Source of the DNA: an uncultured Pseudomonadales bacterium
GTDB lineage: Bacteria > Patescibacteriota > Microgenomatia > UBA1400 > MFAQ01
Direction: 5' to 3'
Length of the DNA: 64,000 bases
Assembly (NCBI GenBank): GCA_964357975.1
Contig: CAYHNG010000006.1
Location: 487 to 64,486, forward strand
Every line of letters starts with the position of its first letter. Position 1 is the stretch's first letter. Both the position numbers and the translations under genes were made by a program. Below are positions 1-8,645 of the stretch, piece by piece. The notes under the pieces are model-generated. The model had not been told where the DNA came from and made no database searches. It saw nothing but the letters and a program-made list of their open reading frames with translations.

Positions 1-243
1 CGAGAAGTAGCTGTGCCACAGACTCGAAAATTCGAAGATCTATGCCCTCATTCCAAAGTTTTTCGGAATCTTTTATTTCCGGATTATTCTGCATAAATAT
101 CTTCTTATCACCTTCCAGACCTTCCGAAATTTTCTGTAGCTTGGCTTTTTGGTAAACAGTGAGAAAAGACTCCGTAGTGAGGAGACCCGCCTTTTTGGCT
201 AACTCGAAGAGACGTCGGGCTTTATCAAGTATTTGCTGATCCA
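1..243 (-). CDS. hypothetical protein, N-terminal portion only (gene runs off the window start)
   Basis: Manual minus-strand translation from the ATG at 243 gives MDQQILDKARRLFELAKKAGLLTTESFLTVYQKAKLQKISEG..., open to the window edge. It is absent from the ORF track because it has no in-window stop. It is divergent from gene 333-842. Confidence 0.4.
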
Positions 244-332
244 TAAAAATATTTTATCATTTTGAACCTATGGGGTGGTAGAATTCTCCTAGAAAGTGCT
301 GCGTACTTTGAAAACTCAGAGAAGGAGCCCTC

Positions 333-842
333 ATGACACAGTGCTGTGGAAAAATTCCGACAGTTGAAGATGTTCAGGCAATTAAAGAGTCAATCGAAAA
401 AGATGGACAAAAGAAGAGACCAAAGGTTTCTCCTCAAGGCAACTCGTTTCAAGGGGAGATTGGAGAATGGGTAGCAGCCCAAGTGGCTGTAGAACAGCTG
501 AATTTGAGACCGGAGTTTTATGACCCTCCGAGATCTTCGGAAAAAGGAATTGATTTGGTGTACCGCGACAGTCAGGGCAAGCTGGTGTTGATAGAAGCGA
601 AAAATACCGAAAAAAGTGCCACAGCCGCGCTGGGAGCGACAAAGAGTTACGGGAAAGAGGGTTCGATCGAGTGGATTGAATATCATGCGAGACTAATGTG
701 TGATCCTTCCTCAAGCAGATATTCTCCGGATAACGCGAAGATCGGGGAGGAAATCTTGAGAGTGGGTGCCGCCAACGTTTCTTACGTGATTATCCACACA
801 AATCCATCAACTTTAAAAACAGACACCGTGAAAGTGCGTTAG
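333..842 (+). CDS. hypothetical protein with a PD-(D/E)xK (restriction-endonuclease-fold)-like motif
   Basis: 169 aa with a GAAGGAG RBS about 7 nt upstream. The motif GIDLVYRDSQGKLVLIEAKN (D...ExK) has the same pattern as the HsdR N-terminal nuclease motif ADYVL...LIEAKK in this window. No other domain recognised. Confidence 0.55.
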   Translation: MTQCCGKIPTVEDVQAIKESIEKDGQKKRPKVSPQGNSFQGEIGEWVAAQVAVEQLNLRPEFYDPPRSSEKGIDLVYRDSQGKLVLIEAKNTEKSATAALGATKSYGKEGSIEWIEYHARLMCDPSSSRYSPDNAKIGEEILRVGAANVSYVIIHTNPSTLKTDTVKVR

Positions 843-854
843 AGAGGAGCATGC

Positions 855-2009
855 ATGCCAACCACCGAACAACTACTAAAAGGGGTTGACCTTTTTGAAC
901 AGCATGTAAAGGCATATGATGAAGAGTTTAGAAAAAGAAACAAACTACCAAAAAACTTTGACTATCGCCCTTACCGTTGGTGCTCAAGAGATATTGTTTT
1001 TTCACTCCTGGTAGTCAAACACAATCGCAAAGGAAACTACTTGGAAGTTGACGTTTGTCTGATATCCAAGCCACCGCAGTATGTTGAAAATAGCGGTGCT
1101 CGGGTGGCTTTGGGGTTTTTACTTTCCGAAAGTTACAAATGCGGTGGGTCGATGGAAATTGTCTTTACTCCAAACGTCGAAGGTGGCCGCGTACCTGCCT
1201 ACATCTGCGATCTGGCAATCGAAATGGGAATCAAACTTAATTATGTTCCCAAAGGACACATCTCGCCGTTCGAGGCACGCCAACTTTATTTGGAATTGGC
1301 CGGTTTTTCGAAAGAAGCAAAGGAAAGAATCATGAAATTGGCTCTGGAAGGAACAATTTCTCCTGAAAGAATTTGTTTTTTGATTATGGGAGGAATTTGG
1401 ACCCTGCCGGAAGCCGAGTCGATGATTTTAGGAAGCCAACATCCGGAAAGACTTCTCCAATCCACATCAGAGCCGGATGAGAGGCATCTGTATTTAAACG
1501 ATCTGATGGTGGCTAGTGCCACCATACTTGGCGGAGTGCTAGACCGAAAGCTGTTGAAAACCGAACTTTTTGAGGGCGGCCAGATTGTGGAATCCGAAGA
1601 CGAAGAGTCGCCTCTTTCCATAGATTTTGATCAAGCATATTTTGCAAAAATATACCGCTCCGAAACCGACCTCATCATTCCCTGGATCGACGAAAACAAG
1701 ATCTTAACTTCCGGACAACAGATGGTGGTGTTGGTTAGGGCTAGATCCGATAGTGAGATCCAAAAATACTTTCCCAAAGACATGAGTAGTCTGAAAAAAC
1801 TGATCGCCAAGTACCAAAATGACACACAGACAATGATTTTTTACTTGATTCCCCGTGACTTTGAAGATGTGTCTTTGGCTACACAGTCACAAATTATCGC
1901 ACAGCTCAAGAAAGTGGGGGTGTACTTAATGATCTCTCCGGATAACATGGCCAGTCTAAACAAAGAAGCCATTCGCAGACTGGAAACCGGAAGGAGAACG
2001 CGCCAATGA
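855..2009 (+). CDS. hypothetical protein (384 aa), no recognisable motif
   Basis: Long ORF 12 nt after the upstream gene; its stop overlaps the start of the next gene (ATGA), indicating an operon. No P-loop or other catalytic motif seen. Confidence 0.5.
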   Translation: MPTTEQLLKGVDLFEQHVKAYDEEFRKRNKLPKNFDYRPYRWCSRDIVFSLLVVKHNRKGNYLEVDVCLISKPPQYVENSGARVALGFLLSESYKCGGSMEIVFTPNVEGGRVPAYICDLAIEMGIKLNYVPKGHISPFEARQLYLELAGFSKEAKERIMKLALEGTISPERICFLIMGGIWTLPEAESMILGSQHPERLLQSTSEPDERHLYLNDLMVASATILGGVLDRKLLKTELFEGGQIVESEDEESPLSIDFDQAYFAKIYRSETDLIIPWIDENKILTSGQQMVVLVRARSDSEIQKYFPKDMSSLKKLIAKYQNDTQTMIFYLIPRDFEDVSLATQSQIIAQLKKVGVYLMISPDNMASLNKEAIRRLETGRRTRQ

Positions 2010-3154
2010 TGAAAACCAATGTAATTTTAGTGGCTATCCCTGATAGCGAATGTATCTCAGAGAGATTGGACTTGCGGGTGCTAATTACACGGGCACTGAA
2101 AATAGAGGCGAGGATGGAGAAGGGGGTAAACTTGGAAGACGAACAACGCCGGTACCAAATTATTTGTGACCGGATGGAATATCTGGGAAATCTGATCAGT
2201 GGCACAAAAAAAGTGGAATTTGTGAATCTGGGAGAAAACTATCTGGAATTACTGATGTTGATGAAGAAAAAGTTTCCGGAAGAAACAAAACGAGCCAGAG
2301 TCATGTCTAACTTTTGCCCTGCGGCTCTCGTGGAAAAACATATTGCATTGTTTGAAAGCTTGGCCAGACAGGCAAGTTTACTTGAATTGGAAGAGATCAA
2401 AAAGAAGATAGAGTTTTACCGCGCTGCGGCTAAGCAAAAGTGCCATGTTTTGGAACTTCAAGAGCTAGTGGCCGATGAGGAAACCAGTAATAGTGTCTCC
2501 TTTGAGAACCTCAAGGAGAAATTTCTGTCATTACCCGTAAATGACGGAATAACCTCAACACTGGACACAAATTCATTCATGGCCTTGCGAAGCCAGATGA
2601 ATCGAGTGATCGACGAGGTGAATAAAGGAGTTCAGACGGGAGTGAATTTTAGCGATTTGTCGCATAACGTGATTACCGAAATGCTGCACGAGTTTGTGTT
2701 CGGGGCCGGCAAACCCATGTATCTTCCGGTAGTTTATGCCGATGGCACAAAAGCCAGGCCGTTTCCAATCCACTGTTTGAAACCACCGGAAAAAGGTAAG
2801 GTGATAAATCTCCCCGGACCGGTGATAAATGTAGGACAGTTAAGCGGTAGACATCAAGAAATGGATCCGAAGATGAATATCTATTTCTTCAGGAACCAAG
2901 AGATTTCCACCGGAAAAACCGCGGCGGAAATTGACTCGGTATCTTATCTGGAAGCGAAAAAGATTTTCGAACGGCTTCGAAAGGAGGGAGTTTATCGAAT
3001 CGCCTATTACCAAACCGGGTTTCAACCGGCCGTGGTAGGCTTCTACCGAGCCCTCACCGAAGAACTGTTACTAAAAGGAAAAAAGGCACCAGCTTTGGAA
3101 GTGACACCTTACTACTTCTTTGGACATTACGAGAAGGGTAAAACTTGGATCTAA
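2006..3154 (+). CDS. hypothetical protein (382 aa), no recognisable motif
   Basis: Translationally coupled to the upstream ORF by a 4-nt overlap and followed by an intrinsic terminator. No known motif. Confidence 0.5.
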   Translation: MMKTNVILVAIPDSECISERLDLRVLITRALKIEARMEKGVNLEDEQRRYQIICDRMEYLGNLISGTKKVEFVNLGENYLELLMLMKKKFPEETKRARVMSNFCPAALVEKHIALFESLARQASLLELEEIKKKIEFYRAAAKQKCHVLELQELVADEETSNSVSFENLKEKFLSLPVNDGITSTLDTNSFMALRSQMNRVIDEVNKGVQTGVNFSDLSHNVITEMLHEFVFGAGKPMYLPVVYADGTKARPFPIHCLKPPEKGKVINLPGPVINVGQLSGRHQEMDPKMNIYFFRNQEISTGKTAAEIDSVSYLEAKKIFERLRKEGVYRIAYYQTGFQPAVVGFYRALTEELLLKGKKAPALEVTPYYFFGHYEKGKTWI

Positions 3155-3166
3155 CCGATTCGAACA

Positions 3167-3196
3167 CCGAGAGTGATTATTCACTCTCGGTTTTTT
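3167..3196 (+). terminator. rho-independent terminator after the 333-3154 gene block
   Basis: Hairpin CCGAGAGTGA-TTAT-TCACTCTCGG (10-bp stem) followed by TTTTTT, 13 nt after the stop at 3154. Confidence 0.6.
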
Positions 3197-3208
3197 GTGA
3201 GAAATGTT

Positions 3209-3236
3209 TTGATTTTTTGATTTTGAGGCGTAAAAT
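3209..3236 (+). promoter_or_regulatory. possible sigma70-like promoter for the helicase gene
   Basis: TTGATT - 16 nt - TAAAAT, followed by the AAAGGAGA RBS before the ATG at 3290. Confidence 0.3.
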
Positions 3237-3289
3237 CAGGGAATCCTTCAACGGAAAACGTACCTTGAAAACTAAAAGGAGAAACATAT

Positions 3290-5908
3290 ATGCCTAAAAC
3301 AACCACAGAGTATGAGGTGATGTGTAAGCGTTGTGATACTAAAAAGATTGGTTACTCCGGCATGATGTACGAAAAAATGAAGGGCTATGGACAGTCCCGC
3401 CCCGAATATTGTGAGGATTGTCGAAAGGCTCTTCTGTTGGAAAAAATGACCATGGGAGCAGCCTATTTTTCGGTAAAAACTCTTCCGGGTGAGGATCTGA
3501 CAATTGCGCTTCCCGGTGAGCTGGGGATGGTTTACCACCCCCAAAGGCCACATGTGAAGGGCGAAAAAGCGACCACTTTTGATGCCTCAAAGTTTGGAGC
3601 AACTCCCGACAAAATTGTAGATGTTTATAAATGGTTGAAGGGAAAGAACCATCAAGTGGCCATTATTATTGGCGAAACCGGATCCGGAAAGTCAACGGCA
3701 CTGCCTTATTGGCTCATTTATCCGCCGAAGGGAGTACCAAAAGATTTTTTCACCCGGGACGGTCAAATACTGATTACCCAACCGCGAATTGTAGCGACAA
3801 CTTCGATTGCCAAGTATTTGGGATCGCTTTTGGGATCTTCGGTGGGCAAGGGCTTTGATATTGGCTACCGTTACAGTAAAGACCGGAATAACGACCGCTT
3901 TAACGCCGCGTTCTTAGCGACCGACGGTAGCCTGATAAATATGATTATGAATGGGCAGTTGTCGGACCTGAGTGTGATTATGATTGATGAAGCACACGAA
4001 CGATCGGAAAATATCGACATTATTCTCCGACTCCTCAAAGATCAACTGCCGCTGTACCCACACCTGAAACTCTTGATTGTGAGTGCCACCATTAATAAAG
4101 AGTCTTTTCTCAAATATTTTGGTGAAGACACAGCTAAGGTGATTGAGTTTGAAGCAAAAAGAAAATTCGAGTACAAAAGGTTCTTCGCTACCGAAAAAGA
4201 AAAATTGCCCTACGAAGATCTTCATAAACTGAGAGATTGTTTGGTGCCGGCGCTTGTCACCAAAGTTCTTTGGCTTTTGGAAGAGCAGGTAGCCGGAAGA
4301 AAAACTCTCGAAGTTGTGATAGATAAAAGAAAGGTAAAAGCCAACACCCTGGCTTTTCTGCAAGGTGTGAAGCCGATTGAGGAAGCGGTGAACGCTCTGA
4401 CAAAGGCGATTGCGGCCAGCCCTACTCTGAAAGATAAGGTGGAAGTTTACCCGCTATATAGCGACCTGGATGAAAAGAAAAAGGAGTTGGCTCTGGAAGG
4501 GTCCGGCTCCGGAAAAATTCGCGTGATTGTTTCTACCAATGTTGCCGAAGCATCGGTGACCGTAGACGGCATTGTCTATGTGGTGGAAACCGGCATCGAA
4601 AACCAAGCTAACTGGAAATCCGATACCTTACAGACAAAGGTGGGTTTGAATCTCATCAGCCAAGCAAACGCGAAGCAACGTTGGGGACGCTCCGGCAGAA
4701 CCGCTCCGGGTGAAGTTTATTGTCTTTATACCGAAGATCAATTTAACAAGATGCTTCCCTTCCCCATTCCGGCGATTCAAAGATCGTCGATGGAAGACAT
4801 TGTCTTGCTTTTGAAAAAGCTCGGAGTGGATGAACTCGATACCGGGTGGATTGATAATCCGAATGGAACCGAGTTAACTAGATCGATGGATTCGCTTCAC
4901 AAAAGCGGGGCCATTGATGAAGATGACATGCTGACCGAATATGGCTCCATGCTCAAAGAGTTTGCCTATACGGCCACCCTCACCGACCTCATCATTATGT
5001 CCGACAGATTTGGATGCGCCGTAGAAGTCACGACGATCCTGCCGGTAATTAAGAACGGTGGACACAAATATCTGTTGGCCAGAAATGATGAATGGGACAA
5101 GAAAGAGCAACAAAAAGCAAAAGCCGCTCATCAAATACTTTGGAAGAACTGTAAAGATGACGTGGAATTTATCCTGAAGCTGTACAGCTTATGGAAAGAG
5201 CGTGGCGAGAAATGGGCCAAAGAGTTCTACGTCAATCACGAAGTGTTTAAAGATATTGAGACGGAACGAACACAAATTTTACGTCTCTTGAATGGTCACA
5301 AAAAAGACAGCAACTTCCGGGCCATCGACTTTAATCTGGTAAACAGAACGCGAGTAATTCTCGCTTATTGTGTCCCATTTACCGCGGTACCCGAAGGGGC
5401 TTACTCCTATAAAACCAATCTCCAAGCAGCGACCGGTACCGGTGCCAGTTACCAAATGGCCCTGTCCGAAAAGAAGAAAAAGATTGTCGATGATAATCTG
5501 GCCAAAACGCAGTCTCTTTTTTCACTGGCCCGAGAACTGGTAGATTTGGACAAAGACGAGGCCGATGACGAAGTGAAGGCCCGCATTTTTGCCGGAGCCG
5601 ATCTTTCACTCGAAGAGGCGGTCACCTTGCTGGAAGATGAACAAAAAGATAAAATTTCCAAGTCCTATGCCGTAGGTCAGGTGCTTGAAGGAAAGGTGAC
5701 CGGCTTTACAGACTATGGCACCTTCGTGAAACTGCCACTGGGAAACTCGGGAATGATCCATATCTCGAAGATGGGAAAGTGGGTGAAAAAACCAAGTGAG
5801 ATACTAACTATTGGAGACCTGGTTCAAGTGGAAGTGTTGGAAATGAAGGAGGAAAAAGAGAAGATACGGATTGGTTTGAGGCTAAAGTCGGTAATTAAAA
5901 AGTCTTGA
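3290..5908 (+). CDS. DEAH-box (HrpA/DHX-like) SF2 helicase with N-terminal C4 zinc ribbon and C-terminal S1 RNA-binding domain
   Basis: 872 aa. N-terminus CKRCDTKK...(25 aa)...CEDCRK. Walker A GETGSGKST, DEAH box IMIDEAHERS, motif VI QRWGRSGRTAPGEVYCLY, and an HA2/winged-helix-like segment after motif VI. The C-terminal roughly 70 aa (GQVLEGKVTGFTDYGTFVKL...GMIHISKM...GDLVQVEVLEM) is a typical S1 fold. Confidence 0.85.
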   Translation: MPKTTTEYEVMCKRCDTKKIGYSGMMYEKMKGYGQSRPEYCEDCRKALLLEKMTMGAAYFSVKTLPGEDLTIALPGELGMVYHPQRPHVKGEKATTFDASKFGATPDKIVDVYKWLKGKNHQVAIIIGETGSGKSTALPYWLIYPPKGVPKDFFTRDGQILITQPRIVATTSIAKYLGSLLGSSVGKGFDIGYRYSKDRNNDRFNAAFLATDGSLINMIMNGQLSDLSVIMIDEAHERSENIDIILRLLKDQLPLYPHLKLLIVSATINKESFLKYFGEDTAKVIEFEAKRKFEYKRFFATEKEKLPYEDLHKLRDCLVPALVTKVLWLLEEQVAGRKTLEVVIDKRKVKANTLAFLQGVKPIEEAVNALTKAIAASPTLKDKVEVYPLYSDLDEKKKELALEGSGSGKIRVIVSTNVAEASVTVDGIVYVVETGIENQANWKSDTLQTKVGLNLISQANAKQRWGRSGRTAPGEVYCLYTEDQFNKMLPFPIPAIQRSSMEDIVLLLKKLGVDELDTGWIDNPNGTELTRSMDSLHKSGAIDEDDMLTEYGSMLKEFAYTATLTDLIIMSDRFGCAVEVTTILPVIKNGGHKYLLARNDEWDKKEQQKAKAAHQILWKNCKDDVEFILKLYSLWKERGEKWAKEFYVNHEVFKDIETERTQILRLLNGHKKDSNFRAIDFNLVNRTRVILAYCVPFTAVPEGAYSYKTNLQAATGTGASYQMALSEKKKKIVDDNLAKTQSLFSLARELVDLDKDEADDEVKARIFAGADLSLEEAVTLLEDEQKDKISKSYAVGQVLEGKVTGFTDYGTFVKLPLGNSGMIHISKMGKWVKKPSEILTIGDLVQVEVLEMKEEKEKIRIGLRLKSVIKKS

Positions 5909-5932
5909 CAAAGGCCAGAAATGGCTTATAAT
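5905..5932 (+). promoter_or_regulatory. sigma70-type promoter driving an orphan ncRNA
   Basis: TTGACA (5905-5910, overlapping the helicase stop) - 16 nt - TATAAT (5927-5932); near-consensus. Confidence 0.55.
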
Positions 5933-5938
5933 ACCGAT

Positions 5939-6232
5939 AGTTAAAGACCAGTTTGAGGCGAGATTTACTGTCTGGGATAGGTCCGGCTGATTGGCCGGGT
6001 AACCGAGTCCACTCTTGCCCAAGCAGGTCTGCCAACTAGTGCGCAGAGTGCGACTCTACGCCCGGGCTTCGCCCGAGAGCCGTCCCAGTTAGGGCCGAGC
6101 TCGAAGTTAACAAAAGAAGTGCCGCGACGCCGGGTTGAATTCCGAAATCGGAAACCCGGAAGGAGCCCTGCCACCACAGGACAAACACTTCTGAAGTTAG
6201 CTGGCCCCGCATTTAAGCGGGGCCTTTTTTTT
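5939..6232 (+). ncRNA. unidentified structured small RNA of about 295 nt (RNase P RNA-like or other housekeeping sRNA candidate)
   Basis: Promoter-to-terminator unit with no ATG in the whole interval and no ORF of 60 aa or more. Clear helices: CCGGC-TGATTG-GCCGG; an 11-bp stem GAGTCCACTCT/AGAGTGcGACTC enclosing about 30 nt; nested stem CCGGG[TTCCGA-AA-TCGGAA]CCCGG. It ends in an intrinsic terminator. The 5' segment GATAGGTCCGGCT loosely resembles the RNase P P4 element GGAAAGUCCGGGCU. Confidence 0.5.
6203..6232 (+). terminator. rho-independent terminator of the ncRNA
   Basis: GGCCCCGC-ATTTAA-GCGGGGCC followed by 8 T. Confidence 0.7.
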
Positions 6233-6235
6233 GGC

Positions 6236-6261
6236 AAAAAAAAGAGGATCGGGAGATCCTC
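6236..6261 (-). terminator. rho-independent terminator (minus strand) for the small gene 6273-6497
   Basis: On the minus strand GAGGATC-TCCC-GATCCTC is followed by TTTTTTTT. It sits back-to-back with the plus-strand terminator. Confidence 0.55.
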
Positions 6262-6272
6262 TAATACGTGAG

Positions 6273-6497
6273 TTATTCAAGCGGTTTACCACCCAACCCG
6301 TGGTAGCCGGGTGTATGGCGATGGCATACTCCGTCGTGAAAAAGATAGAAAGAGCCGTTTTTATAACTTCTAAGTATGGCGTCCGCACCTAGCCAGAACC
6401 ATTTTTTACATACTGGACACCGATACCAGGACGAAAAGTGGAAACCAACTGAAAAAATGGCAACCGCACTGATAACAAGCGGGATTAGGATGTGCAT
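6273..6497 (-). CDS. small membrane protein with Cys/His cluster (74 aa)
   Basis: RBS AAGGAGAAAA immediately upstream of the ATG. One TM helix, then CPVCKK...CHRH. Followed by its own terminator. Confidence 0.5.
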   Translation of the reverse strand: MHILIPLVISAVAIFSVGFHFSSWYRCPVCKKWFWLGADAILRSYKNGSFYLFHDGVCHRHTPGYHGLGGKPLE

Positions 6498-6564
6498 TTT
6501 TCTCCTTTTAAGAACGAATTTAAGAGTATTTTATCACCGATAGCTTACCGAACGTGCCTAAATA

Positions 6565-7743
6565 TTAAAAGTAATTGACATGGAGGTAGAAGGTGTCGTT
6601 GGAGTCGTCGGAATGTTTGACATGCACGTACTTGAGGGTACCCCCGCCACAAGGAATAGATCCTCGATAAAGCTGACCTTTACGAACGGATTTGACCGAA
6701 TAGTTGGAGGTATTGACCATATCAATCCCGGTATGAACATCGCCGGCATAACGCCGGGAAAAGGCAGTATGTCCGTAGGTCTGAGTAATTCTAATCTGGT
6801 CTTCCAACGGCCAATCCCAACCACCTGTAAGGGAGACTGTTCCATCCGGGTAGTTATCCCAACTAAGGTTATCTTTGGGTTTAAGGAATGCGGCGGGGTT
6901 TTGGTGGGACCCATCCTTGACTACCTCAAAGTGAAGATGACCTCCGGTAGAGCAAGCCGATGATCCGGGTATGACGCTGGCAATTTTTTCATTGGCCGAG
7001 ACATCTCGAACCAAAGACTCGGAACCCTTTCCGGCAATAATGCTTTCGATGGCTTCCAGTTCGGCTCGCACCTTCGCCAATAAGGCTTGATATTTTTTCT
7101 CGTCGTTCTGGGTCAAAACCAAAAGGCTTTGTTTTTCTTGCTGTTGTAAGGTTAAAGTCTTCTTCTGGGCTTCCATTTTGGTTTTCAACTTTTCAACTTC
7201 TTGTTGTTTGGTGACTTTTGTTTGCCTTCGAAGATCATAATCTTTTCGAGAGTTTTCCAGTTCACCGAGAATCAATTGATCTTTGGTTTTGAGAGAGTTG
7301 AGATACTTAAACTTTGTAAAATAATCACCCACTGAGTCGGAGGAAAAAATGAGATCTATGGGGGTAACCCGAGATCGGCGATAACTTTCTCTCACTCTAG
7401 CCAAGTAAATTTTGGTTAGATCGGACATAGACTGATTGACGGTATCCAAAACGCCACTTAAAACGGTAATATCTTTTTCCAAAGAAGCAATTTGGGAGAT
7501 TGTTTGGTTGATTTGGGCTTGGGCTAAATTGATCTTGGCGTTGACGGAAGCGATGGCTTGCTTAAGAGTACTGATTTGATTCTTAGTGGAATTCAAAATG
7601 TCCTGACAGGCCTTTTCAATCCCCTGATATTCTTCTACCGACATGCCTTGATGAGTGTCGATGCAATCGTAAGCAAAGACGCCTCGTGACAGGGACAAGA
7701 AGGCCGAAAAAGAAAGGATGACTATAACCAGAAGCGCTTTCAT
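6565..7743 (-). CDS. EnvC-like murein hydrolase activator/M23 peptidase with signal peptide and long coiled coil
   Basis: N-terminal signal peptide, about 230 aa of coiled coil, and a C-terminal LytM/M23 domain (HLHFEV, HTGIDM). It lies directly downstream of ftsE-ftsX in the canonical arrangement. Confidence 0.8.
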   Translation of the reverse strand: MKALLVIVILSFSAFLSLSRGVFAYDCIDTHQGMSVEEYQGIEKACQDILNSTKNQISTLKQAIASVNAKINLAQAQINQTISQIASLEKDITVLSGVLDTVNQSMSDLTKIYLARVRESYRRSRVTPIDLIFSSDSVGDYFTKFKYLNSLKTKDQLILGELENSRKDYDLRRQTKVTKQQEVEKLKTKMEAQKKTLTLQQQEKQSLLVLTQNDEKKYQALLAKVRAELEAIESIIAGKGSESLVRDVSANEKIASVIPGSSACSTGGHLHFEVVKDGSHQNPAAFLKPKDNLSWDNYPDGTVSLTGGWDWPLEDQIRITQTYGHTAFSRRYAGDVHTGIDMVNTSNYSVKSVRKGQLYRGSIPCGGGTLKYVHVKHSDDSNDTFYLHVNYF

Positions 7744-8645
7744 CTTGATCTCTTCACAAATCTAGCGGCGGCGAAAAAGCTAGAGATAAGAGACAGAAGT
7801 AAGCCAAAAGCTAATAGACCAATTAGAAGAAAGAGATTGATCCAAAAAGGGATCGGAAAAAAGATGACACCTCCCAGTCTGGGAGCGAGGAAAGGGGTGG
7901 AATAAAGAAGCGCAATGTAGCTTAAGACCCAACCAAAGAAGGCCCCGACCAAACCGTAGATCAGTGATTCGGTAATATAGGGCTTGATGATGTAAATATT
8001 TTGGGCACCCAGAAGTTTTAAAGTACTAATCTCGGTCCGTCTGCCGGAAATTTTCATGGAAATAATAATCATCACCGTTAAGACACAAACTACGGTTAAA
8101 GCGATGATTAAAATCAAACCGGCGCCACGTATGGCATTGGTCCATTTGGTCAGCTCAGAAATAACGTCTTGAGGAAAATCAATTTCCTTTTTACCCTGAG
8201 GTGTGGTGCTGACAAGATCCGACTTTTCCAAGATAGAAACAATGGTACCAAAAGCACCGGGATCGGAAGCGGTGATCTCCACGCTGGCAGGGAGAATGTC
8301 GGCGGTGACGATGCCCCAATCGGTGACGGTACCCAGTAAGACCGGGTCGTTACCGACGCTCTTTTTGTAGATTTCCAAAGCTTCCGCTTTACTAATATAA
8401 ACGGCGTTTTTGACTCCCTGTGTAGAAGTCATGGTGCTGATAAGCTTAGCAACCTGATCGGTGGTGTGTCCGTCCTTAAGATAAGCGATGATCTGCGGTT
8501 TGGTTTCGAAATTGAGAAGAATGGTGTGTGACGCGAGTGTGACTAGACTAAAAATACCGACAACAAAAAGGGTGAGGCTAATAATAAAAACGGCGGATAA
8601 GGCCTGAAATGGTGAGCGGCGAATATTTTTGAGAGCAGTGTTCAT
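7740..8645 (-). CDS. ftsX: cell-division ABC transporter permease FtsX
   Basis: 301 aa with 4 TM helices and a large first periplasmic loop. Overlaps ftsE and the EnvC-like gene by 4 nt each. Confidence 0.8.
   Translation of the reverse strand: MNTALKNIRRSPFQALSAVFIISLTLFVVGIFSLVTLASHTILLNFETKPQIIAYLKDGHTTDQVAKLISTMTSTQGVKNAVYISKAEALEIYKKSVGNDPVLLGTVTDWGIVTADILPASVEITASDPGAFGTIVSILEKSDLVSTTPQGKKEIDFPQDVISELTKWTNAIRGAGLILIIALTVVCVLTVMIIISMKISGRRTEISTLKLLGAQNIYIIKPYITESLIYGLVGAFFGWVLSYIALLYSTPFLAPRLGGVIFFPIPFWINLFLLIGLLAFGLLLSLISSFFAAARFVKRSR

Noticed and set aside
382-714. Minus-strand ORFs (382-714, 390-686) antisense to the first gene
   Set aside because: They are entirely embedded antisense in a better-supported plus-strand ORF that has an RBS and sits in an operon; no independent signals.
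5939-6232. tmRNA or SRP RNA identity for the orphan ncRNA
   Set aside because: There is no tRNA-like acceptor/T-arm pairing between the 5' and 3' ends and no tag-peptide-like reading frame ending in a stop (tmRNA). The SRP domain IV consensus (CAGGUCCGGAAGGAAGCAGC) is only weakly approximated (CCCGGAAGGAGCC). Left as unidentified.
6580-6963. 127-aa plus-strand ORF inside the EnvC-like gene region
   Set aside because: It overlaps the M23 peptidase-domain coding sequence on the opposite strand, has no RBS or promoter, and no plus-strand gene is expected after the ncRNA terminator.
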